Shown here one piece after another: positions 1 to 12,314 of a stretch of DNA of 64,000 bases. Source of the DNA: Eledone cirrhosa (taxonomy: Eukaryota); contig OZ024742.1 of NCBI GenBank assembly GCA_964016885.1, positions 231,942,001-232,006,000 of the forward strand. Direction: 5' to 3'. Numbering within the stretch: the stretch's first letter is position 1; each line of letters opens with the position of its first letter. The translations under genes were made by a program, and so were the position numbers. Below the pieces are notes generated by a model. The model did no database searches. It was not told the origin of the DNA and saw only the letters and a list, made by a program, of their open reading frames with translations.

Positions 1-88
1 ATACAAACAATACGGTTACATGTTTCATATTGTGATACTATGAGATTATACCAGATGGTATAAGCTGATAGGACTTAAATTATTTCAT

Positions 89-275
89 TGGTGGATTGGC
101 AGTATCGGTAGAGGGTCGGACGCCGTGCTTTGACGCATAGTTACGGCCCTTGCCATTCTGAGTTCAAATCCCGCCGAGGTTAACTTTGCCTTTCATCCTT
201 ACGGGGTCGATAAAATAAAGTACCAGTAATACTGGTACTTTATTGATAATTGCTGGCCAAAAGTAGAAACAATTA
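89..275 (+). mobile_element. tRNA-derived SINE (octopod-type, Nin/Deu-like central domain)
   Basis: ggtggattggcag head, B-box-like gagttcaaatccc, core gcctttcatccttacggggtcgataaaataaagtaccag, tail gtagaaacaatt. The same family recurs more than 12 times in the window. Confidence 0.85.
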
Positions 276-499
276 TGTTATATTGTGTTATTTAAAGTGA
301 ACGTTTCATGCTAAACCACAAGCTATTATCTAATACAACTCTGTTGTAGCGTCAACTTTCGTTGTCTCACTCTGTACATTTCACAGCTTAGACTGATGAA
401 AAAAAAATTTAGATGTATTTCCGAATTCAATGTAATCATTGTGCAAACAAAGTGAGGAGATGGGAGGGGTCAAGAAAGGAAAAGAGTAGAACTGGAAAC

Positions 500-1370
500 A
501 CAATGGATGTTAAATGCAAAGGCTTTATCTATAAAGAACTGCATCCAGGGCCATCTTAGTTGAAGAGTTGCGGCTTTGAGAATTCCACAAAAGCAGTAGT
601 GTTTTTAACACGATACAACAGAACTCTCCTCTATAATTTTGGAGGTGAAAGAGCTTACAGACTGTGCGTGCAACGATGTGCCCTTTTCTTTCTTAGTAGC
701 CATATCGTATGTGTTGCGATGATAGTTTAGTACAGGTTTTGAAGGCAATGATTTCTCCATTATATCTGTAATAAAGATATTCGTTAAACTCTTGGATGTT
801 GAAAGTCTCATGAGTATCCTTCGTGGTAAGGTAAATATTGAGTTTAAAAATAATAAAGTGATCAAAGGTGTTTGGAGAGTTGGTTGGTCGATCCAGGTAG
901 GTGACAAGATTAACATATATAAGAAGTTCATTATCTGCATGGGGAGTGAGACAGCGAGAAGGAATTTCGTACATCCAAGTCATTAAGGGATATGATCTGT
1001 TATAGATGACGTAAACTACATGATGAGAGACAGTCGCACAATGTCTGGGGGAATTCGTTTGATATAAGGAAAAAGGGAATTTCCGTATGAGTAGCTGGAA
1101 GTACTAACGTTCAGAGAAAAGAAAACGATTATATATATATATATATATATATATATGGATTGTAGATAAGTGTAGACACTCTCATTAAAAATGAATTGCA
1201 ACCATGATGAATTTCGTTTGGCATAGACTGACGAAGTGAGTTAATGTTTGAAGATAAGAAGCGTGTTTCTCATTGGAGGATTTGCACGTTGGCAGATAGA
1301 AATCGAATAAGCTCATGGTTGGATTAAAATCTAGAGATATTGGTGTTGAAGAGAGAATTATAAATGTCAA
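500..1370 (-). pseudogene. Highly decayed Penelope-like element C-terminal/GIY-YIG remnant
   Basis: Broken minus-strand frames loosely resemble the PLE linker and endonuclease end; many stops and frameshifts. Confidence 0.35.
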
Positions 1371-2176
1371 TAGAATGTAGTCATTTTTATATCTAGCTCA
1401 CAAAGCTCTAGATCATTCGTAGTTCTCATAATAAAATGACTGTTCATGTTCTGACTATTTCCAGACAGGATATTTGTAAGTCTATTTGCAACTTATTCTT
1501 AATGCTAAATTCCGACCAATGTTTAGTAAATGTAGATATGAAAGCGCCAAATAAGGCTATGGAAATCTTAATTGCCTCCTATTAATCAGAAGACATTACT
1601 TAAATATTTACAAAAGAAAATTGATAAAATATTTTTATCACCACTCCAGTTATGTGTCTAATGTAATTCCTATTTAAAAGGTGTCTGCTCTGGTTCTCCA
1701 GTGAAATCGTTTTCTATTCAAAGTAATGCTAATTTCTAGCGTTACAACAAAACACAAGCTTAGCGAAACTATACCGTTTCTTCATGGTGCCACTGTCTAA
1801 TTATTCAGTTTTGTTCCAAAAAGCACTTGTGATGCTCTATAAATATCATAATCCATTATTTGTAGTAATAAGACTGGACTGTTTACAGCTAGATCGATCC
1901 AATTAGTATGCGGCTGAGTCGATAAGATATTTATCAATAGGTCAAAGTATTGATGCATCAGTCAAAACGTCTGTGGCATTTAGTTACGTTTCTTTACGTT
2001 CTTAGTTCAAATTCTGCCAAGATTAACTGACACTCTACGATATTAAAAAAGAAAAGGGCACACTAGATAATGTAGTCCTGCATAGATCTAAAAGGACTGA
2101 GTAATCACAACTGAATGCTTTTGATCACAGATCCACATGATAATAGGTTAAACAAAAACAACACAGAGAAGGAAAA

Positions 2177-2362
2177 TAATTGTTTCTACTTTTGGCACAA
2201 GGCCAGCAATTGTCCCAGTGCATTACTTGTACTTTATTTTATCGACCCCGTAAGGATGAAAGGCAAAGTTAACCTCGACGGGATTTGAAATCAGACCGCA
2301 AAGGGACGTAACTCTATGCTGGAAAGCATAGTGTCCGACTCTCTATTGATACTGCCAATCCA
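2177..2362 (-). mobile_element. SINE, same family as 89-275
   Basis: Reverse complement of the SINE consensus. Confidence 0.85.
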
Positions 2363-3689
2363 CAGAGCACGAAAATAATACTAAATACAGAGGATTTGGG
2401 GAAGCAAAGAAGAAATGTTTCCAGTATATCCTTCCTTTAAATTCTTAAATATACACAAAGTCTTTGGAGTCACCCATAATAAGTGGAAAGTGAACATTAG
2501 CTTTATACTACATATTTATAGTGTTTGAAAACTGCAAGTCTCATCCACTGTCTAAATCAAACAAATATATTGATTTCTAATTTAGGCACAGGGTCAGCAA
2601 ATTTTAGGGAACAAATTTGATTAAATCAATCCTAGTATTTGACTGAAAGGATAAAAGGAAACGTTGAACTCAGATGATAAAGAACCAGAACAAATACGAC
2701 AATGACATTTTATCCCACGATCTACCAATTCTGCCAATCCACCGCCCTATTCTACCAATTAATATTACTGCTACTATATTGACATAACTGCACCAACCAC
2801 GCGTGGTAATAGCATAGTCAGTGTAATCTCATCGGTTAAGTGTCGAGTATGCCTTTTCTACCTGTTGATGGCAAATTTAATCTCTGGGTTAGTGTATCTG
2901 CATACATTCCAGTTTAAGCGAAACAGGCAAGCGATATCACAAGTTACTAGTTAACTAATACGAATATGTACAGGACAGGAGAAAGAAAAGAGAACTACCT
3001 ACTCCGATCATGGAATAAAAAGATCGGTTTGAAATTCCGAGAACTTACAGACAAACAACGAAAAAAGCAAAACGTGGACGTGGGGAGTGGTGATGACAAT
3101 AGTATGTCGTGGTAATGTCTCTAACGATTGACATATACATAAATATATCAAACATCTTTAACATCGCTCTGAAAATAACATAAGAACAGTTCATATGCCT
3201 AGCAGGCCTAATATGTCACAATTAGTAACAGTTAAAACACCCAAGAAACCTCCCAACAAATGTGTCAGAACACAGAAGAACCGAACTCCCACTGTAATCG
3301 CCTCCATGTCTTTTTCCCTCCCTATTATTATGAGAAAATGGGGCCCCACGTGCTGGCCGCCACACAGCCCCGGCGGATTGAGAAGGCGTTTCCCCGTAGG
3401 ATAGTAAGGGAGATGCGCTGGAAGAGCCATTCCATCTCGTGAGGCTCACACCTGCGGCTAGGAAAAGAAGATACCGTTGAGAAAGGAGGTGTGGGGGGGG
3501 GGGCTACGGACACTGGAACACAAACACGATAACAATGCCAGCTATAATGAGGAGGGGGGGGGGGGTAACACGGGATAAGCTGGAAAGAGTCGTCAGAGCA
3601 ATGAATTAATAAAGACGTGTAGAAGAAATATGAATTTAAAGAATTGGTAAGCTGTAAAGAACTGGAATGTTAGGTGTGGTGCGGAACCA

Positions 3690-4073
3690 GAGGTAGGAAA
3701 GAGAACAAGGTTAAAACTAAAAATAGAACAGTGAACAGGTGCCATATCTATAAGAATTAAAAGTACGTTCAATTGCATACACAAATATAGTATAGATATA
3801 TAATATAACCCCACACACAAACAAACAAAATCAACGTGTATATATGTGTGTGTATATATATATATATGTGTGCCTATATAGTAATAATAATAAATTTGAA
3901 GACTAAAATCCAAAGAGGGCTCGATAAGGATAAATATATATCAAATATATAAGAACCATAGAGCAAATATTTATTAAAATAACAGATTAAAGTTTAATAA
4001 CAGATTAAAGTTTAATGAATCGCTGCTTTCACCCTTAACGGGATCTTCTGAAACTCATATGTGCCTATATATT

Positions 4074-4128
<55 letters not shown>

Positions 4129-4560
4129 TAGACATGAAAAATGCGCAAGCTCAAAAGAGCCACAGAATGTTATAATAAACCTTCAAAGGTGTGGGACTAG
4201 AGTTGTTACTCAAAAATATTGTAATCGTTATCTATCGTACATTCTGTGGCATCCTTTATAAAAATATCACAATAAATACATCTATGTTTAATGTAATAAC
4301 AGCTATAAATAATTACGTAATATTATTTGATATATATTAATCCTTATCGAGCCCTCTTTGGATTTTAGTCTTCAAATTTATTATTATTACTATATACACA
4401 CACATATATATACACGTTGATTTTGCTTGTTTGTGTGTGGGGTTATATTATATATCTATACTATATTTGTGTATGCAATTGAATGTACTTTTAATTCTTA
4501 TAGATATAGCACCTGTTCACTGTTCTCTTTTTAGTTTTAACCTTATTTCCTTCCTACCTG
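3690..4560. repeat. Inverted repeat pair (about 3690-3948 / 4325-4560) of a dispersed repeat family
   Basis: Arms are reverse complements; related sequence occurs at about 14650-14700 and 18600-18720. Confidence 0.7.
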
Positions 4561-5139
4561 TTTCCCTATCTATGTTTAATATTTTGTTAAGGCAACGCTT
4601 GTAATAACTCTAGTTAAACATGATATATATTAATAATAAATTATCGTTGTAATGTAATTAGATTATATAATTGTTATTATAAATGATCTTATAAATATTA
4701 GTGTAAGATGTATAAAAATATTTTCAGACTTTTAATATAAACAACAACAAAAAACAATGAATATTAAATCAATATATTATACATAATAGAAAACATAAAA
4801 TAAATAAACAATATAAAAATAAAATATTTACATACAATTGCAATTATCAGACTATATAAATTTTCTTTATTCCCTGAGCAAATTAATGAGATTTGTTCTT
4901 ATTGCACATAATTTGATGACTTTTTGGAGTGTATTAAAAGATAACAACAATTTGTGATTAAATTGTTATCTTAAGCAACTTTCTTTTTAATAGTTGTTGG
5001 CTGAGCGAAATTGAACAAACCTATGAGCTAATATTTAAAAAAATACACAAACTACATTTCCCTGTATTGTTGCAACATTAGATAAAATAATTGAGTAATG
5101 TCGTGAGATTTTGCTCTTATTGCACATTAATAGTGTTTT

Positions 5140-5300
5140 TATTTTTCGGCACAAAGCCATTACCGCAGTCCATTACTGGTACTTTATTTTATCGACCCGG
5201 TAAGGATGAAAGGCAAAGTTAACCTCGGCGGGATTTGAACTTAGAACACAAAGGGCCATAACAATGCTGCAAAGCATGGTGTCTGACGCTCTACCAATAC
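5140..5300 (-). mobile_element. SINE copy
   Basis: ctggtactttattttatcgacccggtaaggatgaaaggcaaagttaacctcggcgggatttgaac. Confidence 0.8.
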
Positions 5301-6294
5301 TTGTGTTGAGCTGGTCACCAATTTGTGGTGGTCGTGCGTGGAGTAGAACAACAAGCGCTAGTCAAAATAGTATGAACAAACATTTTTATTTGTCGAAGAA
5401 CATATTTTCAATACAGTTTGTGAATGGGCATCTACTTATAGTGACAGTGGTACTTTATTTTATCGATCCCGTAAGGATGAAAGGCAAAGTTAATACTGAC
5501 AATAATGCAAATGTGTAATAGTGAAAATTTGCGCCTTTTCAATAATTTATCGTCTGCTCATGTTGCATTAAAGGGAAATAACTCGTTTCTCAACTGTATT
5601 TATACATTTTTAACTGAAACATCAATATTACACATTCGATTTGAAATTTTTTTTTACCGATCTCTCCGCTGGAACTTAATCTATAAGTTTAGATGTGTGG
5701 CGACCGTTTTAGTAGAGAGACAGACAGGCAGACAACCTCAGTTTTATATATATATATATATACATATCAAATATTTTTAAACGCGTGTGACACAAATTTT
5801 TACAATGTTTTTAGAAAAATTATTTTTACAAATATTTACAAACAAAGTGCAGTTTGTATTACAATCGGAACTCTGCCTATACTCGATTGCAATATATAAA
5901 GAGGAACAAGATACAAAGATATATTTCTTTATTTGGCACAAGGGCGCACAAAAATGGGAGATTACAGAATATATACGCTATTTTGAAGCGTTTAAACATT
6001 TGTTACAAACAAAAATTTAGAATCGTTTTGTACACACGATAAATTTAAAAATATTTGTACAAATATTTGTACAAACTTTTACGATAGATATCTTATCTAT
6101 TGACCGCCTAACCCTAACCCTAACGTCAATATATTACATTTGTTTTAAAAATAGTTAATATAAATTTTAAAAAATCATATTATGACGAAATAACAAAAAT
6201 AAATGAACTAGGAAAACAAACTTCGTGTCTAACAGATATATGTGCCTATATACATATATATATACATAAATATGTACACACACACACACACATG

Positions 6295-6330
<36 letters not shown>

Positions 6331-7154
6331 GTTATCATAAAAACCATCCATATAACCAATAAAGAAAATATGAGATTTAGTTAATGCCTATGGGTAAGGA
6401 AGTGCTAAGAGTGAATATTATTTTTTTTTTTTGTGCTTTCTCATGAGAGAGAACCCTACACACACAGAGAGATAGAATTGCAGGAATAAACATGGTAGTT
6501 AAAGTATCTACTAATGGGTTTGGAGAGTGGCCTGGGTGTTCTTTCGAGAATCATAATGGCGCTTGAGAAAGTAGTTCCCAAAGCGTCGTCTGGTTTCATC
6601 CATTGATAAAGAATTTCAAACATTATTGCGTTTTCTTTGTCGAACACAATTGAAGAGATTTTTTGTGATACACAGAATAGATCTCAGCAATCCGATGATA
6701 TCGCCGAGCTTAAACAGTGCCGCGCTATATGAACATCGAATGGGGACAGTTCAACTCCATAGATCTGTTTGTGAAGAAGTGTCATCACGATTAGACTGTA
6801 ATTAATTTTATAAAGCGGACTCACACTACTAATGATTAACTACACACTCTTTGGTACCCCGTTTACTACTGCTAACTTCGTCATCAATACACTACGTATC
6901 TCCACAAGATATTTATATTTCCCCTTAGGCTGCATAAACAATCATGTCTCTCCTTGTTGCTATCAGGCCTTCACCCATCAAAGATACAAACTATGCCTGT
7001 AACCGTAACATGTATATATGTTTGTATGTATGTATGTATGTATATATATATATATATATATATAAGTATTGAAATTTCCGTTGGAAAGGTCATAGAAATG
7101 AAGAGTGCTCTATGTAAGTACCAGAGCAAAATTTAATGTATAAAAATCAATATA

Positions 7155-7232
7155 ATTACCTCATTACCAGAGGTTTCCCGAATGAGGCGAATACGAAATA
7201 AACGACTTCATTCGTTCGTCAGACGAGGCAAT
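7155..7232 (-). ncRNA. Type I hammerhead ribozyme motif in PLE 3' pLTR
   Basis: Reverse complement of 10841-10918. Confidence 0.8.
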
Positions 7233-8391
7233 ATAAAACATGGGTAAATACTTAGAAAAACTCATCAAGAAAATCAAAAAATTATATAGATAAATGAAAT
7301 AGAAATTGAAATATATAAAAATCTATCAAGAAATATAGTTAGGTGTGTGTATATGTATGTATATACGCTCACAGATGTGAATATATGTATATGTGTACAT
7401 GTACATGTATAGTGAGAAAGTGTGCGTAATTCTAAAATAGGGCAAATGTATCTATATGTCTGTATTATACAAACAGAAATGGTTACATCGTAAATATACG
7501 AATATGAACGCGCCCGCATAAAACGCCTGAACACTCGTACGCTTAGGTGCGGAAAGAAAGGAGGTAATGGAGTGTAATAATTAAAAGAAAAGGGTCAGTC
7601 TCGATATATTTATAAAAATATAATAACGATAAATTAGAAAGAAAAAATTAAAGAAAACAAAAAAAGAGGGGTATATACATACACAGACACGCGTGTCTCA
7701 CAAAAGAAATGTAAAAATAATTATGCTTATATAAACACGCGCACTTACACTTCCATACGTTCGATACGTACATACACACACACACACACACACATACCTA
7801 TACTCACGCATATAAACCTTTTTACATACCCTCGTATGAAACTGAGTAAGTAAAAAAAGGAAGGGGGGGGGAGAAGAAAAAAGGAACAAAACATAAAACC
7901 GAGATGTCAAAAACACGGATATAAAGACACGTACACATACGCATAATATATACATACACACACACACAAACACCTGTACACACACACACATATACACATA
8001 CACACACATACACACACGCACGCGCGCGCACATACGTAGTCACTCGTGTACATATATAAAAAGTATACACACATTAAGGCGTTCAGCCATATTGAAATGT
8101 GGATAAATAAGTACAAATATAAAATTGTAAGATAGGCTGCGCAAAAATAAAATAAAAATAAAAATATCTGGATTGAAAAACACAAAAGACAAGTATAATC
8201 AGTTAGTGGAGGAAAAAGGGAAGTAAAAGAAGGGGAAGTAAAAAATAGAAAATAGGAAGTGGATCGGAGAATAAAGGGGGGGGGGGGAATGTGAAGTAAA
8301 AATAAATAAAAGTGAAAATAAATGAAATTATTGACAAGGATAAAAATGAAAGTAAGTCAGAAAGGGTAATTAAAAAGAGAATAATAAGAGT

Positions 8392-10425
8392 TTATGGAGG
8401 ATAAGTGTCTGAAAGTGTGTTAAGTTTATATGAGCTGGAAAGCAGGTGTGATTTCATGTGTGGGCAACTGGTGAAAATTTCCGTCTTTGTGTTCAGGCAG
8501 GTCTTTGGTGATTTAAGATTTTGCAATATCCAAAATTTTTCATTTATGCAGAGCGTGCATTTTCTTGTTCCTCTAGCATATTTTTTAGATTGGTTCAAAA
8601 TTGACCAATCTAGTTTATATTGGATGCCTTGGTCTTTCAAATCCCAAATTCTGCTAGCCAGAGCTGTTGTAAATCTTTTTTCTGGATGTCGAAAGGATGC
8701 GACATGTGAGTAATAACGCGTTTTGAATCTGTCTTGCGTCATACCCACATATCGTTCACTGGTGGCTGGATGGTTGTTGCTGATGGTTGTCACTTTAGCC
8801 GCATATACAATGGCTTTGGTGTTGCATTTACCTTGTAATGGGCATTCACTTTTGATTCTAGAAGAGCAAGTTTGATTTTCTCTAGGTGATATTTTGTTGA
8901 GGATATAGGACTTAATATTTGGACCGCAGGAATAGCTAATTTTAACACAGTTTCTGTTAAAGATCTTATAGTATCTATGTGTTCTAGGGAAATGTTTATC
9001 TAGGAGTTCTAGGAATTTTTTGCCTACATTAGTTTTAACTGCTAGAGAGTAGGGGTGTGTGAACCAGATTATTTTTCTTTTCCTATTTTTATGTTTAATA
9101 GAGTTAGTGTAGTTAGGTATGTATTTAATCGGTTCGCTAAAGCCGCTATTTTGGAGGGCTTTATTATAGTAGGGAGATGCCTTATTAAAAATAGCTTCTG
9201 AGGAAGAGAGGGTGGAGATCCTACGGCTAATATTAGGGATAAGGTTTTTAAAAACTATAGGTGGATGGCAAGATCCTTTATTTATATATTTTAAGTTTTC
9301 ATTAGGTTTATGGTATGGTTTATAAGAAGCAGTAGGCAAATCTAGGTTTATATCTAGGAAATCTACGTTGGAAAGGTTAGTGTCAATAGTAATTTTAAGA
9401 TTAAAACTAGCGAAGGTTTTTATTAAGTCTTTCCTTAATCTATCTAAGTTATGGCCTATGGTGGTATGGGAAAGTATTAGACCATCATCGCGATAAAGCC
9501 CAAAAATATGGTTAGGAAATTTTTCTTTAAGTGTATGTAAGAGGAATAGGCCGACCAGATCACAAACCTCGGCACTGTCATAAGAGCCCATTGAGACATC
9601 GAATGGGTTCTCTGGGTTAGATATTTTTACCCAAGTGTCATTATCATTAAAAAGTAGAGTGTTCCTAGCATGCAAGATGACATCCTCTTCAATATCGGAG
9701 ATATTAGTGAACCCTCTAGCGAAATTTAAAGCTTTCACTAAAAGGGTCTGAGTAATAGATGGGTAGAAATCTACGATGTCAAATTGGGTGAATCTAGAAC
9801 TGATTTTGTTTTTAATATTATTAAACCAATGTACTACGGAAGAGCTATTTATCCATTGGAGTAATTTAGACTTACTTCTAATGTGTGTATTTAATTTATT
9901 TAAAATTTTTTTGCTGGCAAGACCAATATCAGTCTTAGCAGGGTTGGTTAATCTACAACTAGGGCGATTAATAAAGTCAGGTTTATGATCTTTAAGGGTG
10001 ATATACGCAGAACGTTTAGCAAGTTTTTCTGTCCTATTATCTATTTTTAAAGAAACAGCTAATTCTTTAGCTTCCTTATTTATATTATGGTACGTATTTA
10101 TATTAGCTATTTGGTATTTAGAGGTGATATTATCTATTAATAGTTGGTCGTGTAAATTATTATTAACTTCGTATAGGTTTTTAGTTTTATCTGAGAAGAT
10201 GAACTTATTATTAGAAGATTTGAAAGTAGAAATATCATTAGATAATTTAGATTGAAAGGGGTTAGAGTACTTACGAAAATTGATGTTGTTGATAAGGTTA
10301 ACTAGGTTTAATTCAAAGGCGGTCATATCTTTTACTCTTTGCGGATATTTGTGAGTTTTGATGTCAAAATATTCCGTAGAATCCGTGTTAAATTGACCAT
10401 CGAGAATCAAAGCTTTCCATCTCAT
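8392..10425 (-). CDS. PLE reverse transcriptase + GIY-YIG endonuclease (677 aa, uninterrupted, slightly 5'-truncated)
   Basis: KRMRWKA, FDIVDFYPSI, MGSYDSAEVCDLVG, LYRDDGL, FLDINL, RKRKIIWF, CPLQGKC, IVY..YVGMT..FKTRY, CTLCINEK. The frame stays open upstream (LIDKVERVVKR) until the inversion at about 10459. Confidence 0.92.
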   Translation of the reverse strand: MRWKALILDGQFNTDSTEYFDIKTHKYPQRVKDMTAFELNLVNLINNINFRKYSNPFQSKLSNDISTFKSSNNKFIFSDKTKNLYEVNNNLHDQLLIDNITSKYQIANINTYHNINKEAKELAVSLKIDNRTEKLAKRSAYITLKDHKPDFINRPSCRLTNPAKTDIGLASKKILNKLNTHIRSKSKLLQWINSSSVVHWFNNIKNKISSRFTQFDIVDFYPSITQTLLVKALNFARGFTNISDIEEDVILHARNTLLFNDNDTWVKISNPENPFDVSMGSYDSAEVCDLVGLFLLHTLKEKFPNHIFGLYRDDGLILSHTTIGHNLDRLRKDLIKTFASFNLKITIDTNLSNVDFLDINLDLPTASYKPYHKPNENLKYINKGSCHPPIVFKNLIPNISRRISTLSSSEAIFNKASPYYNKALQNSGFSEPIKYIPNYTNSIKHKNRKRKIIWFTHPYSLAVKTNVGKKFLELLDKHFPRTHRYYKIFNRNCVKISYSCGPNIKSYILNKISPRENQTCSSRIKSECPLQGKCNTKAIVYAAKVTTISNNHPATSERYVGMTQDRFKTRYYSHVASFRHPEKRFTTALASRIWDLKDQGIQYKLDWSILNQSKKYARGTRKCTLCINEKFWILQNLKSPKTCLNTKTEIFTSCPHMKSHLLSSSYKLNTLSDTYPP

Positions 10426-10840
10426 TCTTTTAACAACCCTCTCTACTTTGTCTATCAGTATAAATATATCGAGACTGACCCTTTTCTTTTAATTATTACA
10501 CTCCCTTACCTCCTTTCTTTCCGCACCTAAGCGTACGAGTGTCCAGGCGTTTTATGCGCGCGCCTTCATATTCGTATATTTACGATGTAACCATTTCTGT
10601 TTGTATAATACAGACATATAGATACATTTGCCCTATTTTAGAATTACGCACACTTTCTCACTATACATGTACATGTACACATATACATATATGCACATCT
10701 GTGAGCGTATATACATACATATACACACACCTAACTATATTTCTTGATAGATTTTTATATATTTCAATTTCTATTTCATTTATCTATATCTTTTTTTGAT
10801 TTTCTTGATGTGTTTTTCTAAGTATTTGCCCATGTTTTAT

Positions 10841-10918
10841 ATTGCCTCGTCTGACGAACGAATGAAGTCGTTTATTTCGTATTCGCCTCATTCGGGAAAC
10901 CTCTGGTAATGAGGTAAT
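10841..10918 (+). ncRNA. Type I hammerhead ribozyme motif (inverted pLTR copy)
   Basis: attgcctcgt-CTGACGA-stem II(cgaatga/tcattcg)-GAAA-cc tct gg-TA-atgaggtaat; 10-bp stem I; GUA triplet; A.G at the base of stem II. Confidence 0.8.
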
Positions 10919-10940
10919 TATATTGTATTGATTTTTATAC

Positions 10941-10975
<35 letters not shown>

Positions 10976-11027
10976 AGGGCGGTGCCCCAGCATGGCCTCA
11001 GCCGGATGGCTGAAACAGGTAAAAGAG

Positions 11028-11083
<56 letters not shown>

Positions 11084-11368
11084 CAAATAACGAAACGAAA
11101 TTAAATTTCGTTTCGCTTCTAACTCACTTTTGTATGACTGACGCTTAAACAATTAAGTTAAAGTGTACATCTACATATGTATACGGAAGTATTAGTATGC
11201 ATATAAATACACACATGTATACATATGTACATGTACTCAGCTTTTCACTAGACACTTTACAGTGAGTGTCAGCTAGTCTGTATGTAACCACACAGACGGA
11301 CCGGGTTTTAGAGTCATACGGGTTTTCAAGGAAACACATTTCCTCTATTCTCCAGAGGGCCAGACAGG

Positions 11369-11413
11369 AATATTGGACTAGTTTCGATGTTATTACATCT
11401 CATCAGCAATATT
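11369..11413 (-). ncRNA. Minimal type I hammerhead ribozyme
   Basis: aatattg-CTGATGA-gatgt aata acatc-GAAA-ctag-TC-caatatt; canonical core, GUC triplet, palindromic ACTAGT stem III. Confidence 0.88.
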
Positions 11414-11837
11414 TACCCATCTTCCGGCTTCTCTGGAGAATTGTAAAAGCACATATCGTTATATGCTTTTTCTATGAAAATTAGTAGTGGGTAGACTAAT
11501 TTGCATAGAACGTGAGTCATTGTACGCACCGGTTCAGCGGAAACGATAAAAACAAATAACGAAACGAAATTAAATTTCGTTTCGCTTCTAACTCACTTTT
11601 GTATGACTGACGCTTAAACAATTAAGTTAAAGTGTACATCTACATATGTATACGGAAGTATTAGTATGCATATAAATACACACGTGTATACATATGTACA
11701 TGTACTCAGCTTTTCACTAGACACTTTACAGTGAGTGTCAGCTAGTCTGTATGTAACCACACAGACGGACCGGGTTTTAGAGTCATACGGGTTTTCAAGG
11801 AAACACATTTCCTCTATTCTCCAGAGGGCCAGACAGG

Positions 11838-11882
11838 AATATTGGACTAGTTTCGATGTTATTACATCTCATCAGCAATATT
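11838..11882 (-). ncRNA. Minimal type I hammerhead ribozyme (unit 2)
   Basis: Identical to 11369-11413, 469 bp away. Confidence 0.88.
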
Positions 11883-12269
11883 TACCCATCTTCCGGCTTC
11901 TCTGGAGAATTGTAAAAGCACATATCGTTATATGCTTTTTCTATGAAAATTAGTAGTGGGTAGACTAATTTGCATAGAACGTGAGTCATTGTACGCACCG
12001 GTTCAGCGGAAACGATAAAAACAAATAACGAAACGAAATTAAATTTCGTTTCGCTTCTAACTCACTTTTGTATGACTGACGCTTAAACAATTAAGTTAAA
12101 GTGTACATCTACATATGTATACGGAAGTATTAGTATGCATATAAATACACACATGTATACATATGTACATGTACTCAGCTTTTTTAGTCTACCCACTACT
12201 AATTTTCATAGAAAAAGCATATAACGATATGTGCTTTTACAATTCTCCAGAGAAGCCGGAAGATGGGTA

Positions 12270-12314
12270 AATATTGCTGATGAGATGTAATAACATCGAA
12301 ACTAGTCCAATATT
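12270..12314 (+). ncRNA. Minimal type I hammerhead ribozyme (inverted unit)
   Basis: aatattgCTGATGAgatgtaataacatcGAAActagTCcaatatt. Confidence 0.88.

Larger units (their letters stand above)
7064..10944 (-). mobile_element. Penelope-like retroelement (Naiad-type) with 5' inverted pseudo-LTR
   Basis: RT+GIY-YIG ORF; 7134-7614 is repeated inverted at 10459-10944; both arms carry a hammerhead motif; (TA)n flanks both sides. Confidence 0.92.

Noticed and set aside
4015-4056. Hammerhead-like cagaaga-tccc gttaa gggt-gaaa (also at about 14327 and 14503)
   Set aside because: The core is altered and I found no convincing stem III, cleavage triplet or stem I.
6106-6124. (CCCTAA)3 telomere-like repeat
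   Set aside because: Too short, and embedded in an AT-rich dispersed repeat.
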